Assembly: GCF_000012925.1 (NCBI RefSeq)
Contig: NC_007517.1
Location: 1,380,001-1,412,000, forward strand
Direction of reading: 5' to 3'
Source of the DNA: Geobacter metallireducens GS-15
GTDB lineage: Bacteria > Desulfobacterota > Desulfuromonadia > Geobacterales > Geobacteraceae
DNA: 32,000 bases
Shown piece by piece: positions 18,085 to 25,885 of this stretch. The translations under genes and the position numbers were made by a program. Below the pieces are notes generated by a model. It searched no databases, was not told the DNA's origin, and saw only the letters and a program-made list of their open reading frames with translations. Within the stretch, counting starts at the first letter, position 1, and every line of letters starts with the position of its first letter.

Positions 18085-19056
18085 GTGCCGATTGTTTCGA
18101 CGGAGTTCCGGTTTGCCGACCGGCTCGGTGCCTGGAAGGCCCGGTGGGGGATCGGGCGGATGTCGTACCTGGTGCCACCGGGCCTCTACGCCATTGGCTC
18201 CCCCGGCCCCGAAGACCCCGTGGTGGTGACCGCCAACTACAAGATGAGCTACGACCTGGTCAGGAGGGAGCTTTCGGGGCGCAACGTCTGGTTCCTCGTC
18301 CTCGAAACCTTCGGGATCAATGTCTGGTGCGCTGCCGGCAAGGGAACCTTCGGCACCGACGAACTGGTCCGTCGCGTGGGAATGGTCAAACTTGCCACGG
18401 TGGTGAAACACCGGGCGCTCATTCTCCCCATTCTCGGCGCTCCCGGCGTGGCCGCCCACCAGGTTGCCCGGCGGAGCGGATTCCGGGTGCACTACGCCAC
18501 GATCCGCGCCGCCGACCTCCCCGAGTACCTCGATAACGGCATGGTGACTACACCTGAGATGCGTCAGCTTACCTTTACCACCCGTGAGCGGCTCGCCCTC
18601 ACCCCAATCGAACTGGTGACGACCGGGAAGTGGGTCGTGCCGTTCGTGGCGCTACTCGTCGTTCTGTCGATCGTTCCCGGCGGGCTTTTATCCTCCCCAA
18701 CCCTTGTCTCTTCGTTGGTTCTCTTCGTGGGGACCGTGCTGGCCGGAGCCGTTGCTGCTCCGGTACTTCTTCCCTGGCTTCCGGGTAAAAGTTTTGCCGT
18801 GAAGGGGGCAGTGGCCGGTTGCTGCTGGGCAGTTCTGTTTATTGGGGTAGGGAGGGGGGCAACGGGATGGCTTGACGCCATGGCCCTCTTTCTCACCGTG
18901 CCGGCCGTGACCGCCTTCCTGACCCTTAATTTCACCGGCAGCACCCCCTTCACCTCCCGCTCAGGGGTGAAGAAGGAGATGCGGCTTGGGCTGCCGATGA
19001 TGGCAGTGTCACTGCTTGCCGGCATTTCCCTCTGGATCGCGGCCCGTTTCTTCTGA
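18085..19056 (+). CDS. hgcA: Mercury methylation corrinoid protein HgcA (minimal extent from the first canonical start)
   Basis: Contains the diagnostic cap-helix motif GINVWCAAGKGTFGT. The N-terminal corrinoid-binding-like domain (PGLYAIG...VVVTANYKMSYDLVR) is followed by a C-terminal block of about 4-5 TM helices. An HgcB-type ferredoxin gene lies immediately downstream. There is no SD in front of the GTG at 18085. Confidence 0.9.
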   Translation: MPIVSTEFRFADRLGAWKARWGIGRMSYLVPPGLYAIGSPGPEDPVVVTANYKMSYDLVRRELSGRNVWFLVLETFGINVWCAAGKGTFGTDELVRRVGMVKLATVVKHRALILPILGAPGVAAHQVARRSGFRVHYATIRAADLPEYLDNGMVTTPEMRQLTFTTRERLALTPIELVTTGKWVVPFVALLVVLSIVPGGLLSSPTLVSSLVLFVGTVLAGAVAAPVLLPWLPGKSFAVKGAVAGCCWAVLFIGVGRGATGWLDAMALFLTVPAVTAFLTLNFTGSTPFTSRSGVKKEMRLGLPMMAVSLLAGISLWIAARFF

Positions 19057-19077
19057 GTCCGCAAGGAGTTGTCTGAC

Positions 19078-19368
19078 GTGAAAGGTTTCTCCTACCTCAC
19101 AAACGTTGCCTCCCTTGAACTCAACCGCGAAGCCTGCATCGGCTGTGGCATGTGTGTGGCGGTTTGTCCCCATGGAGTGTTCGCGCTGCAGGGCAACAAG
19201 GCCGAAATGCAGGATTTCGACGCCTGCATGGAATGCGGCGCCTGCGCCGTCAACTGCCCCGTTGGTGCCATCGAGGTCGATTCGGGAGTCGGGTGTGCAT
19301 CGGGGATGATAAATGAGTGGCTGGCGAGTATCGGCGCGAGGAAAACAAGAGGCGGTGGCTGTTGCTGA
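19078..19368 (+). CDS. hgcB: Mercury methylation ferredoxin HgcB (2x[4Fe-4S])
   Basis: Two CX2CX2CX3CP motifs (CIGCGMCVAVCP, CMECGACAVNCP), an extra Cys in GVGCASG, and a C-terminal vicinal pair ...GGGCC. SD AAGGAG (19063-19068) lies 9 nt before the GTG at 19078. The track's TTG at 19069 abuts the SD. Confidence 0.9.
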   Translation: MKGFSYLTNVASLELNREACIGCGMCVAVCPHGVFALQGNKAEMQDFDACMECGACAVNCPVGAIEVDSGVGCASGMINEWLASIGARKTRGGGCC

Positions 19369-19386
19369 CATTGAAAGCTCTTTCCA

Positions 19387-19415
19387 TTGACTTGCCGTTT
19401 GTATGGTGATAATGA
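19387..19415 (+). promoter_or_regulatory. Candidate sigma70-type promoter for the carbonic anhydrase gene
   Basis: TTGACT (19387-19392), then GATAAT (19408-19413, 15-nt spacer) or TAATGA (19410-19415, 17-nt spacer). Lies in an AT-rich 84-bp spacer. Confidence 0.3.
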
Positions 19416-19452
19416 ATAATTTCAAAAATTTGAACCACTGGAGGGATTGCGC

Positions 19453-20154
19453 ATGAACGAGACGGGAAGAAGAATTGCACGACTCATCATCGGTGTGGCT
19501 GTCGCCGCATCGGCAGCAGTGGCGTTTGCTTCCGAGGGGGGCGTGGGGGTCAGCGCCGATGAAGCGCTCCAGCGCCTCATGGACGGAAACAAGCATTACG
19601 TGGAAGGTCAGATGGGCGCCTGCCGCGAGAGCGATACGGCGAAACGGGAAGGGTTGGCAAAGGGGCAGAAACCCTATGCGATCATTCTCTCCTGTTCCGA
19701 TTCGCGGGTTCCGCCCGAGATCATTTTCGACAAGTCCATGGGTGAGCTGTTCGTGGTGCGGGTTGCCGGCAACATCCCCGATCCCGTCGTTCTCGGGAGC
19801 ATCGAATACGCTGCCGAGCACATTGGTTCTCCCCTCATCATGGTGCTCGGACACGAGCGCTGCGGTGCCGTGACCGCCACCGTCGACAGCAAGGGGAAGG
19901 CTGAAGGGAATATCGGCGCTCTGGTGAAGACCATCGCTCCTGCCGTCCAGAAGGTTAAAAAGGCAATGAAAGGCAAGCCCAAGGCAGAGTTGGTGGAAGC
20001 TGCCTGCGATGCCAACGTCAAGCTCGTTGCGGCCAATATCACCAAGAAGTCGCCGGTCGTTGCCAAGCTCGTCAAGGAAGGGAAGATGAAGATCGTGACC
20101 GCCAAGTACGATCTTGACGACGGGAAGGTAACCCTCTTCGAGGCAAAAAAGTAG
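19453..20154 (+). CDS. Beta-class carbonic anhydrase with N-terminal export signal
   Basis: ATG at 19453, 6 nt after GGAGGGA. Signal-like N-terminus with an RR pair (GRRIARLIIGVAVAASAAVAFA). Beta-CA zinc ligand motifs CSDSRV and HERCGAV. Confidence 0.9.
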   Translation: MNETGRRIARLIIGVAVAASAAVAFASEGGVGVSADEALQRLMDGNKHYVEGQMGACRESDTAKREGLAKGQKPYAIILSCSDSRVPPEIIFDKSMGELFVVRVAGNIPDPVVLGSIEYAAEHIGSPLIMVLGHERCGAVTATVDSKGKAEGNIGALVKTIAPAVQKVKKAMKGKPKAELVEAACDANVKLVAANITKKSPVVAKLVKEGKMKIVTAKYDLDDGKVTLFEAKK

Positions 20155-20190
20155 CGACACCTGCCGGCACCACTGTGCTGCATCGTAAAG

Positions 20191-20215
20191 AAAAGCCCGC
20201 TTCCGCGGGCTTTTT
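20191..20215. terminator. Bidirectional intrinsic terminator shared by convergent genes
   Basis: A4-GCCCGC-TTCC-GCGGGC-T5 (stem 20195-20200 / 20205-20210). It serves the carbonic anhydrase gene (+) and touches the stop codon of the histidine kinase gene (-). Confidence 0.8.
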
Positions 20216-22179
20216 CAGTTCTGTAATACCTCTTTGATCTTTGCCAGGAGTTCGTCCGGTTTCACCGGTTTCGCTATGAAGTTGATCCCCTCGTCGAGGA
20301 CCCCTTTCCGGCTGATGATGTCCTGGGTGTAGCCGCTGATGAAGAGCGCCTTCATCTCCGGCCGGATGTTCCGGATCTCTTCATAGACGGACTGGCCGTT
20401 CCTTTTGGGCATAACCACATCGAGAAGCAGAAGGTCTATCCGGGTGCTGTTCTCCATGAACCGCCGGACAGCCTCGGCACCGTCGCTCGCTTCGATGACG
20501 GTGTAGCCGTTGCGTTCAAGAACGAGCTTCGAGAGCTTGCGCACGTCCCGGTCGTCTTCGGCTATCAGGATGGTCTCCTGGTTCCCCTGGGCGGCCGCCG
20601 TTGCGTCGCGGTGCTCCGTGGTCTCCTTTGGCGCCACGATGGGAAGGTAAATTCTGACGGCAGTTCCTTTCCCTATCTCTGAATCAACGGTGATGAATCC
20701 CTCGTGCTGCTTGACGATGCCGTAGACCATGGAGAGGCCGAGCCCTGTTCCCTTGCCGACCTCCTTGGTGGTGAAGAAGGGGTCGAAGATGCGTTCCTGT
20801 GTTTCGCAGTCCATGCCGGTGCCCGAATCTGCAATGGTCAGAATTGCGTAGTAGCCGGTTTTTCCCTTTTCAAGGGGACCGAAGAAATCTTCTTCCAGGA
20901 AGTCGCTCCCCGTCGTAACAGTAAGCGTGCCGCCGTCCGGCATGGCGTCGCGGGCGTTTGTCACGAGATTCATCAGGATCTGGTCGATTTGCCCCGCATC
21001 CACATGGCACACGAGGGGTTCGCTGGAGAGCGAGGTTACAAAGGTGATATCCTCGCTCACCAGTCGATGGAGAAGTTTCTCTATACCCTTCACAATGTCA
21101 TTCAGATTCGTCGGGTGAGGAGAGATTACCTGCTTCCTGCCGAAGGCGAGGAGCCGTTTGACGAGGTTGGTGGCCCGGTCAGCGGCTGAGAGAATCTGTT
21201 CCACGTAAATGCGATAGGGGTTGTCAGTCTTGAGGCTGCGCTGCAGAAGCGTTCCGAAGCCAACGATGGCAGTGAGTATGTTGTTGAAATCGTGGGCTAC
21301 CCCCCCGGCAAGTGTTCCGATAGCCTCCATCTTCTGGGCATGGCGGAGTTCCTCGGCCAGGAGTTCCTTCTCGGCCTCACGGGTTTTCAGTGTAGTGCCC
21401 AGGTGGTTGAACGCCGTGGCGAGCCGGCCGATCTCATCCTTCGATTCCACGGGGACAGGCTCGAATGAACCAGAACTTTCGAGAACCCTGATCCCTTCGG
21501 TGAGTCGGTCGAGGGGGCGCGTAATTCTACGGGTTATGACGTAGGTGAAGAAGGTGCCGAGGAGGAGAAAGCCCGCTGCCATGAGGACGCTTGTGTAGAG
21601 GAGCGTGTCGAGTTTTTTCCCGAGAAGGCTCTTGTCGACGATGATTCGCGCATAACCGATAACGCGGGGCGTTGGCCGTGGGGGTTGGTCGAGGAACAAT
21701 GATCCGTCCGTGGGGAAGGATGAACTCGACAGTACTGGTGCCCAGAACTCGAAGATGTCATCTCCCTCGAAGACCGAGGGCTCGGTTGTCCCTTTCAGCC
21801 GTTCGAAGCGGGTGCTCCAATGGGGAAAGGCCCGGCCGGAATTGTTGATAACACTCTTGTGTGCCTGTTCCTGGAGTGCTTTACCTTCTGCCGTCACGAT
21901 GGTGACAAAAAGGACTCCTTCGTGTTCCAGAATACCCTGGATGGGGTCCCGCAGAAGTTCTGCATTTTCGGCAAAAACACCGAGACGGGTATTGTGGGCC
22001 AGGAGTCTCGCCAGGAGTTTCCCCTCGTTGACCAGACTATCCCTCAGGGCGCTTCGCTGTTGCTGGAAGAAGAAAACCGTAAACGAAATCGAAATTACCG
22101 CGATAAAGAGTGTGAACAGGAGGAAGAACCTCAGTCCCACGCTGTCACGACGGTTTTTCAGCTCGTCGAAAAAATCCAT
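20215..22179 (-). CDS. Hybrid sensor histidine kinase / response regulator
   Basis: 654 aa. Two TM helices flank a periplasmic region. HAMP-like linker, HisKA H-box [11 protein letters not shown], HATPase (DSGTGMD, GTGLGLS), and a C-terminal receiver ([10 protein letters not shown] ... [13 protein letters not shown] ... ISGY). Confidence 0.9.
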   Translation of the reverse strand: MDFFDELKNRRDSVGLRFFLLFTLFIAVISISFTVFFFQQQRSALRDSLVNEGKLLARLLAHNTRLGVFAENAELLRDPIQGILEHEGVLFVTIVTAEGKALQEQAHKSVINNSGRAFPHWSTRFERLKGTTEPSVFEGDDIFEFWAPVLSSSSFPTDGSLFLDQPPRPTPRVIGYARIIVDKSLLGKKLDTLLYTSVLMAAGFLLLGTFFTYVITRRITRPLDRLTEGIRVLESSGSFEPVPVESKDEIGRLATAFNHLGTTLKTREAEKELLAEELRHAQKMEAIGTLAGGVAHDFNNILTAIVGFGTLLQRSLKTDNPYRIYVEQILSAADRATNLVKRLLAFGRKQVISPHPTNLNDIVKGIEKLLHRLVSEDITFVTSLSSEPLVCHVDAGQIDQILMNLVTNARDAMPDGGTLTVTTGSDFLEEDFFGPLEKGKTGYYAILTIADSGTGMDCETQERIFDPFFTTKEVGKGTGLGLSMVYGIVKQHEGFITVDSEIGKGTAVRIYLPIVAPKETTEHRDATAAAQGNQETILIAEDDRDVRKLSKLVLERNGYTVIEASDGAEAVRRFMENSTRIDLLLLDVVMPKRNGQSVYEEIRNIRPEMKALFISGYTQDIISRKGVLDEGINFIAKPVKPDELLAKIKEVLQN

Positions 22180-22187
22180 TCTTTCCC

Positions 22188-23198
22188 CTAGCGTATGACT
22201 TTGGCTCGACTTAAAGCCTCTTCGTTCAAGGAGAGGCCAAGTTTGCGCGCTATCCTGCTGTTTATCGTGATGACCGCGCCATGGGGTTCGCTGCGCGGGA
22301 TGCTTTCAGGAGAGGTTCCCGACTGTATCTTTCTGACCATTTCGCCGGCCTGCCGCCCCACCTCGTACGGATCAACATCGAGCGCCATGAGTGCTCCCAT
22401 CTGAACATACTTATCCGAAAACGTGATGATGGGAATCCTGTTGTTCAGGGAGAAGAGCAGGAGGTACTCGATCGCTTCCGGTGTCAAAAGCGTGGCATCG
22501 GGAAGCATGAGGAATGCCTCGATGTCGCCTTTCATCCCTTCGACAAGATTCAGGACATCGCGTGACGAGCGGACTTCCCGCGCCACGAGGTCTATGCCGA
22601 GAGAGCGGGCCGTTGCCTGCGATTTACGGAAAAGGGCTCCGCTTCGCGCCGGGTTGTACAGGGTCCCCACACGCTTGAGCCGCGGCATTACCTTCTGTGC
22701 TGAAACTAATTGCCGCTCCGGCGCCACGTGCATGCCGATGCCGGTGATGTTTGATCCAGTAGTGAGGGAGTTATGCTGGTCGAAGACCATAAGGTAGACG
22801 ATGGGAGTGTCCTTGATTCTCTTTACCCTGTTCATGGCCTCCGTGCCGATGGCCACAATCACATCGGGCCGTTCATCCCGAACCGCTTTTGCCACATCGA
22901 GACCGTCGAGATCAGACAGGACCAGTTTCCTGAAGTTCCCGGCCACGACGCTTCGCACCCCCTTCGCCGCTTCCTCATAGGGGGCGACCCTGAGGCTTTG
23001 CAGGACGAGCACCTTCTGGGCCGCCTGACTTGTTCCGCCAAGGAGCACCAGAGTGAACGCAAACACGAACGTGACAAGCCTCATGAAGAGGATGGCTCTG
23101 TTCACGTCGCTTGCGCCCAGGAATGGCGGGATCGTGTGATCTTTGCCGAAAGCCCTGGTGCTCTGGATCGAACTATGGTCTTGTCGACGATTTGACAT
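22188..23198 (-). CDS. Periplasmic ABC-substrate-binding-like protein (PF04392-type), probable sensor partner of the adjacent kinase
   Basis: The mature part begins KVLVLQSLRVAPYEEA..., typical of ABC_sub_bind proteins. The start is uncertain: ATG 23198, TTG 23219, or ATG 23084, which would place the signal peptide MRLVTFVFAFTLVLLGGTSQA at the N-terminus. Ends 8 nt before the kinase start. Confidence 0.8.
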   Translation of the reverse strand: MSNRRQDHSSIQSTRAFGKDHTIPPFLGASDVNRAILFMRLVTFVFAFTLVLLGGTSQAAQKVLVLQSLRVAPYEEAAKGVRSVVAGNFRKLVLSDLDGLDVAKAVRDERPDVIVAIGTEAMNRVKRIKDTPIVYLMVFDQHNSLTTGSNITGIGMHVAPERQLVSAQKVMPRLKRVGTLYNPARSGALFRKSQATARSLGIDLVAREVRSSRDVLNLVEGMKGDIEAFLMLPDATLLTPEAIEYLLLFSLNNRIPIITFSDKYVQMGALMALDVDPYEVGRQAGEMVRKIQSGTSPESIPRSEPHGAVITINSRIARKLGLSLNEEALSRAKVIR

Positions 23199-23628
23199 GT
23201 TGGAGGTAATGGTTGCCAATTTTTTGTTTGTCTAAGTCGTTAATTTGAATTGCTTTATAGGCTGGCAATAGTAATTAAGCCCTTGAATGTCCATAAAAAA
23301 CAGGATGTTTGCCGGTGTGCTCCTGATGGGAGCGTACGGTAAAGATAGGGAGTTGTGCGATTTTAATGCCATTTTGGTAATGATACCGAAGAGTTGATTA
23401 TTCGAGAGAGAAATTTCTCTTGCCGGGTAACCCGGAGGAGATTCAATGGTGCTGATTTTTCGATGTATTTAAGGGTGGAAGGGATATTGTTTCTAACATC
23501 TGTGGGATTTGAAAGGTTTGAAAGGAGCTCTTTTTGCATGATCCGGTTTCTTGAAAATGCATTAATGGTTGCAGCATCGTGACAGCGAATAACACTATCG
23601 GGAACTTCTGTAGGGTTGGGGGAGATGG

Positions 23629-25539
23629 ATGTCGTTTCAGGATAAAGCGATCAAGAAACGGATTTCTGTGGCCACGATAGCCTGTGCAGGGGCTGTGCTG
23701 TGGCTCCATGGCTCGGTTGTCCCGGCCTGGGCCGAAAACGACGAGATGAAGGTCCTTGAGATGTTTTACGAGGACAAAGAACTTGTGGTCACTCCCACGC
23801 GGGATCCGAAGCCCATCTCCCAGGTGGCGGAAAACGTCACCGTCATCACCGCCAAGGAGATTCAGGCCCTCAATGCCCACACCCTGGGAGAGGTTCTCAA
23901 TACCATACCGGGGGTCCATGTGGAGCCCCGCGTGACGCCGGGAGGGTTATCCCCCACACTTTCCATCCAGGGGTCCGAGAGCAACCATGTCCGGGTGATC
24001 ATGGATGGAGTGACCATCAACAACGTTTCCGACTTCCTGGCGGATGTGGGGGCCATCCCTGTACAGCGGATCGCGGCGGTGGAGATAATCAAAGGGCCGG
24101 CGTCCTCGGCATGGGGTTCTTCACTGGGGGGGATCATCAACATCATCACCAAGTCTCCGGACGAGGGACGGAAACTGGGCGGAACGGTCTCGGCCTCCAT
24201 GGGTGAGCGTACCACCGGCGACTTCCGCCTGGAACTCTCTGGCACCCGTTCTTCTCTTGGATATTACCTGGCTGCCGACGGCATAACCTCCGACGGTCTC
24301 CTTCCCCATACGGGCGTGGACAGCGGCAGCGTATACGGCAAGATGACATGGGACCCCCAGGAGGATACCCGCGTGTTTGCCACGTATAGTTATTCCCGCG
24401 GGAAAAGGGGGTTGGGGGAGTTTCCCCAGTATGGATTGCGTCAGGAGGGGGACTATGAGCATTTGATAGCAACCCTCGGCATGAGCCATGCCTTGAGTGA
24501 AAGCCTTGATCTGGATATCGCGGGCCGCTTCTCGCACCGCGATTACAGTGACGTTTCCGGTGCCTTGGGCGCGGGAGAGGGATTGAACAACAACAGCTAT
24601 GAGCAGCCCAACCTCGGCGCAAGCGCCAAGCTCGCCTGGCGCACGGGCATTCACAGCGTGATAATTGGAACGGATTACGACAACGGTACCATAGACGCAG
24701 ATTTAAGGGAAAATGGCGGCACCGTTCGCACGAAGACCCATGGCCGCCTGGAGCGGCGGGCGATTTTCGCCAACGACACAATCGTCTGGAACAACTGGTC
24801 GATCACCCCGGGTCTGCGTTACGACTGGACCAGCACCAGCGATGATTTCTTCAGCCCGAGCCTAGGGGTGACATATAACCTGAGTGACCACACGGTCCTG
24901 CGGGCTTATGTGGCCCGGGGCTTTAACGTCCCTTCTTTGACCGCGACTACCGTCGGCGCGCAGGGATTGCAGCCTAACCCTCATCTGGAAATGGAGAAGG
25001 TCTGGTCCTATCAGCTTGGCTTCGAGACGACCTTTCTCAGGTATCTCTGGCTGAAGAATACGGTGTTCCGTCATGATGTCTCTGACTTCCTTGCTTATGA
25101 TGGTGCGACCAACAGTTATGTCAATCAGGGGAAGCAGCGTCGGCAGGGGGTAGAGGTGGAGGTGAAATCCATCCCCTTTTTCAACACCACCATCGGCGTC
25201 GGCTATACATTCATCGATGCCCGTGATCGGCTTGCCGATGAACGCGTGCCGAACATCCCTCGGCAAACGTGGGACGTATCCATAAATTATGACGACCGGA
25301 AACTCCTGCGGGGAGGGCTTGTTGGGCGCTATACCCAATGGAACGCCAGAGAGGATTTTAACAGCCGCGAAAACGCCATGATCTGGGACCTGACCGGAGG
25401 GGTCCGGTTTCTGACCGGGCAGGTATCCGGCGAGATATTCTTCGTTGCCCATAACCTTTTCAATGGTTCACAATATCTCCATTACTTCTTTAGGAATCCT
25501 GGTCGCTGGTTCGAGGGAGGGCTTCGCTTTAACTTTTGA
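23629..25539 (+). CDS. TonB-dependent outer-membrane receptor
   Basis: 636 aa. Signal peptide, then plug region (ELVVTPTRDPKPISQVAENVTVITAKEIQALNAHTLGEVLNTIPGV). Beta-barrel-like alternating pattern. Terminal aromatic residue (...GGLRFNF). Confidence 0.9.
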   Translation: MSFQDKAIKKRISVATIACAGAVLWLHGSVVPAWAENDEMKVLEMFYEDKELVVTPTRDPKPISQVAENVTVITAKEIQALNAHTLGEVLNTIPGVHVEPRVTPGGLSPTLSIQGSESNHVRVIMDGVTINNVSDFLADVGAIPVQRIAAVEIIKGPASSAWGSSLGGIINIITKSPDEGRKLGGTVSASMGERTTGDFRLELSGTRSSLGYYLAADGITSDGLLPHTGVDSGSVYGKMTWDPQEDTRVFATYSYSRGKRGLGEFPQYGLRQEGDYEHLIATLGMSHALSESLDLDIAGRFSHRDYSDVSGALGAGEGLNNNSYEQPNLGASAKLAWRTGIHSVIIGTDYDNGTIDADLRENGGTVRTKTHGRLERRAIFANDTIVWNNWSITPGLRYDWTSTSDDFFSPSLGVTYNLSDHTVLRAYVARGFNVPSLTATTVGAQGLQPNPHLEMEKVWSYQLGFETTFLRYLWLKNTVFRHDVSDFLAYDGATNSYVNQGKQRRQGVEVEVKSIPFFNTTIGVGYTFIDARDRLADERVPNIPRQTWDVSINYDDRKLLRGGLVGRYTQWNAREDFNSRENAMIWDLTGGVRFLTGQVSGEIFFVAHNLFNGSQYLHYFFRNPGRWFEGGLRFNF

Positions 25540-25540
25540 G

Positions 25541-25610
25541 TTGACGAAATTCATAAATTGAATATTATTAATTTTTTTCTTCTTGATTACTTGTGTGCAG
25601 AAAGTAGAAT
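25541..25610 (+). promoter_or_regulatory. Two tandem sigma70-type promoter candidates upstream of the small peptide gene
   Basis: P1: TTGACG (25541-25546), 16 nt, TATTAT (25563-25568). P2: TTGATT (25583-25588), 16 nt, TAGAAT (25605-25610). Both lie in a strongly AT-rich 111-bp spacer. Confidence 0.4.
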
Positions 25611-25650
25611 GACGTTCTATCGGTAAATATCTCACAGGAGGGAGGTACGT

Positions 25651-25779
25651 ATGCAACAGGATGTTCAGAACGTGAAGAATGAAGTGACAGAAGAGGTTAT
25701 GGTGGTGTCGGAGGGGACAATCGGTTCCGGTCCTCAAATTGGTGTCTGCTTCGGCTCGTACTTCCTCATAAGAGGATGA
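25651..25779 (+). CDS. 42-aa candidate RiPP precursor peptide ('geopeptide'-like), not in the supplied ORF track
   Basis: SD AGGAGGGAGG ends 6 nt before the ATG. Encodes MQQDVQNVKNEVTEEVMVVSEGTIGSGPQIGVCFGSYFLIRG: an acidic leader-like half and a Gly-rich, aromatic C-terminal half with a single Cys. Lies immediately upstream of a radical SAM/SPASM enzyme with an RRE-like N-terminus. Confidence 0.6.
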   Translation: MQQDVQNVKNEVTEEVMVVSEGTIGSGPQIGVCFGSYFLIRG

Positions 25780-25800
25780 TAATCACCTGAAGCATGAAGG

Positions 25801-25828
25801 AAGGGGGAGCTATTCCCCCTTTTTTTTA
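25801..25828 (+). terminator. Intrinsic terminator/attenuator between the peptide gene and the maturase gene
   Basis: Stem GGGGGA (25803-25808) / TCCCCC (25814-25819), loop GCTAT, followed by T8. It would give a short abundant peptide transcript with read-through into the enzyme gene. Confidence 0.6.
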
Positions 25829-25885
25829 TGTGTCATGGTGATGGATCGCAATGCACTCCTTACTTTGGCGCCAGGGAGGGCCGCC

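Noticed and set aside
16196-20160. Other long shadow ORFs on the minus strand (16196..17176, 16954..18492, 19009..20160). Similar in-gene alternative frames occur elsewhere (6167..7390, 25826..26767, 24146..24781).
   Set aside because: Same reasoning: each lies inside or opposite a gene with clear family motifs (M48, DUF815, HgcA, beta-CA, PP2C, radical SAM, TonB receptor). Each has biased non-protein-like composition and no SD.
23538-23582. A 14-codon ORF (MIRFLENALMVAAS) with AAAGGAG 10 nt upstream, a possible leader peptide of the receptor gene.
   Set aside because: It is too short and unremarkable to call. There is no obvious attenuator structure coupled to it. It is mentioned in the finding on the control region only.
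23220-23628. Cobalamin riboswitch, GEMM-I (c-di-GMP/cGAMP) riboswitch, or Fur box upstream of the TonB-dependent receptor.
   Set aside because: There is no GCCACUG/B12-box or GGGAA..GGUG core, and no ACGCAAAGC-type GEMM core. The best Fur-like match (TAATGATA at 23378-23385, TTGATTATT at 23394-23402) covers less than half of the 19-bp consensus.
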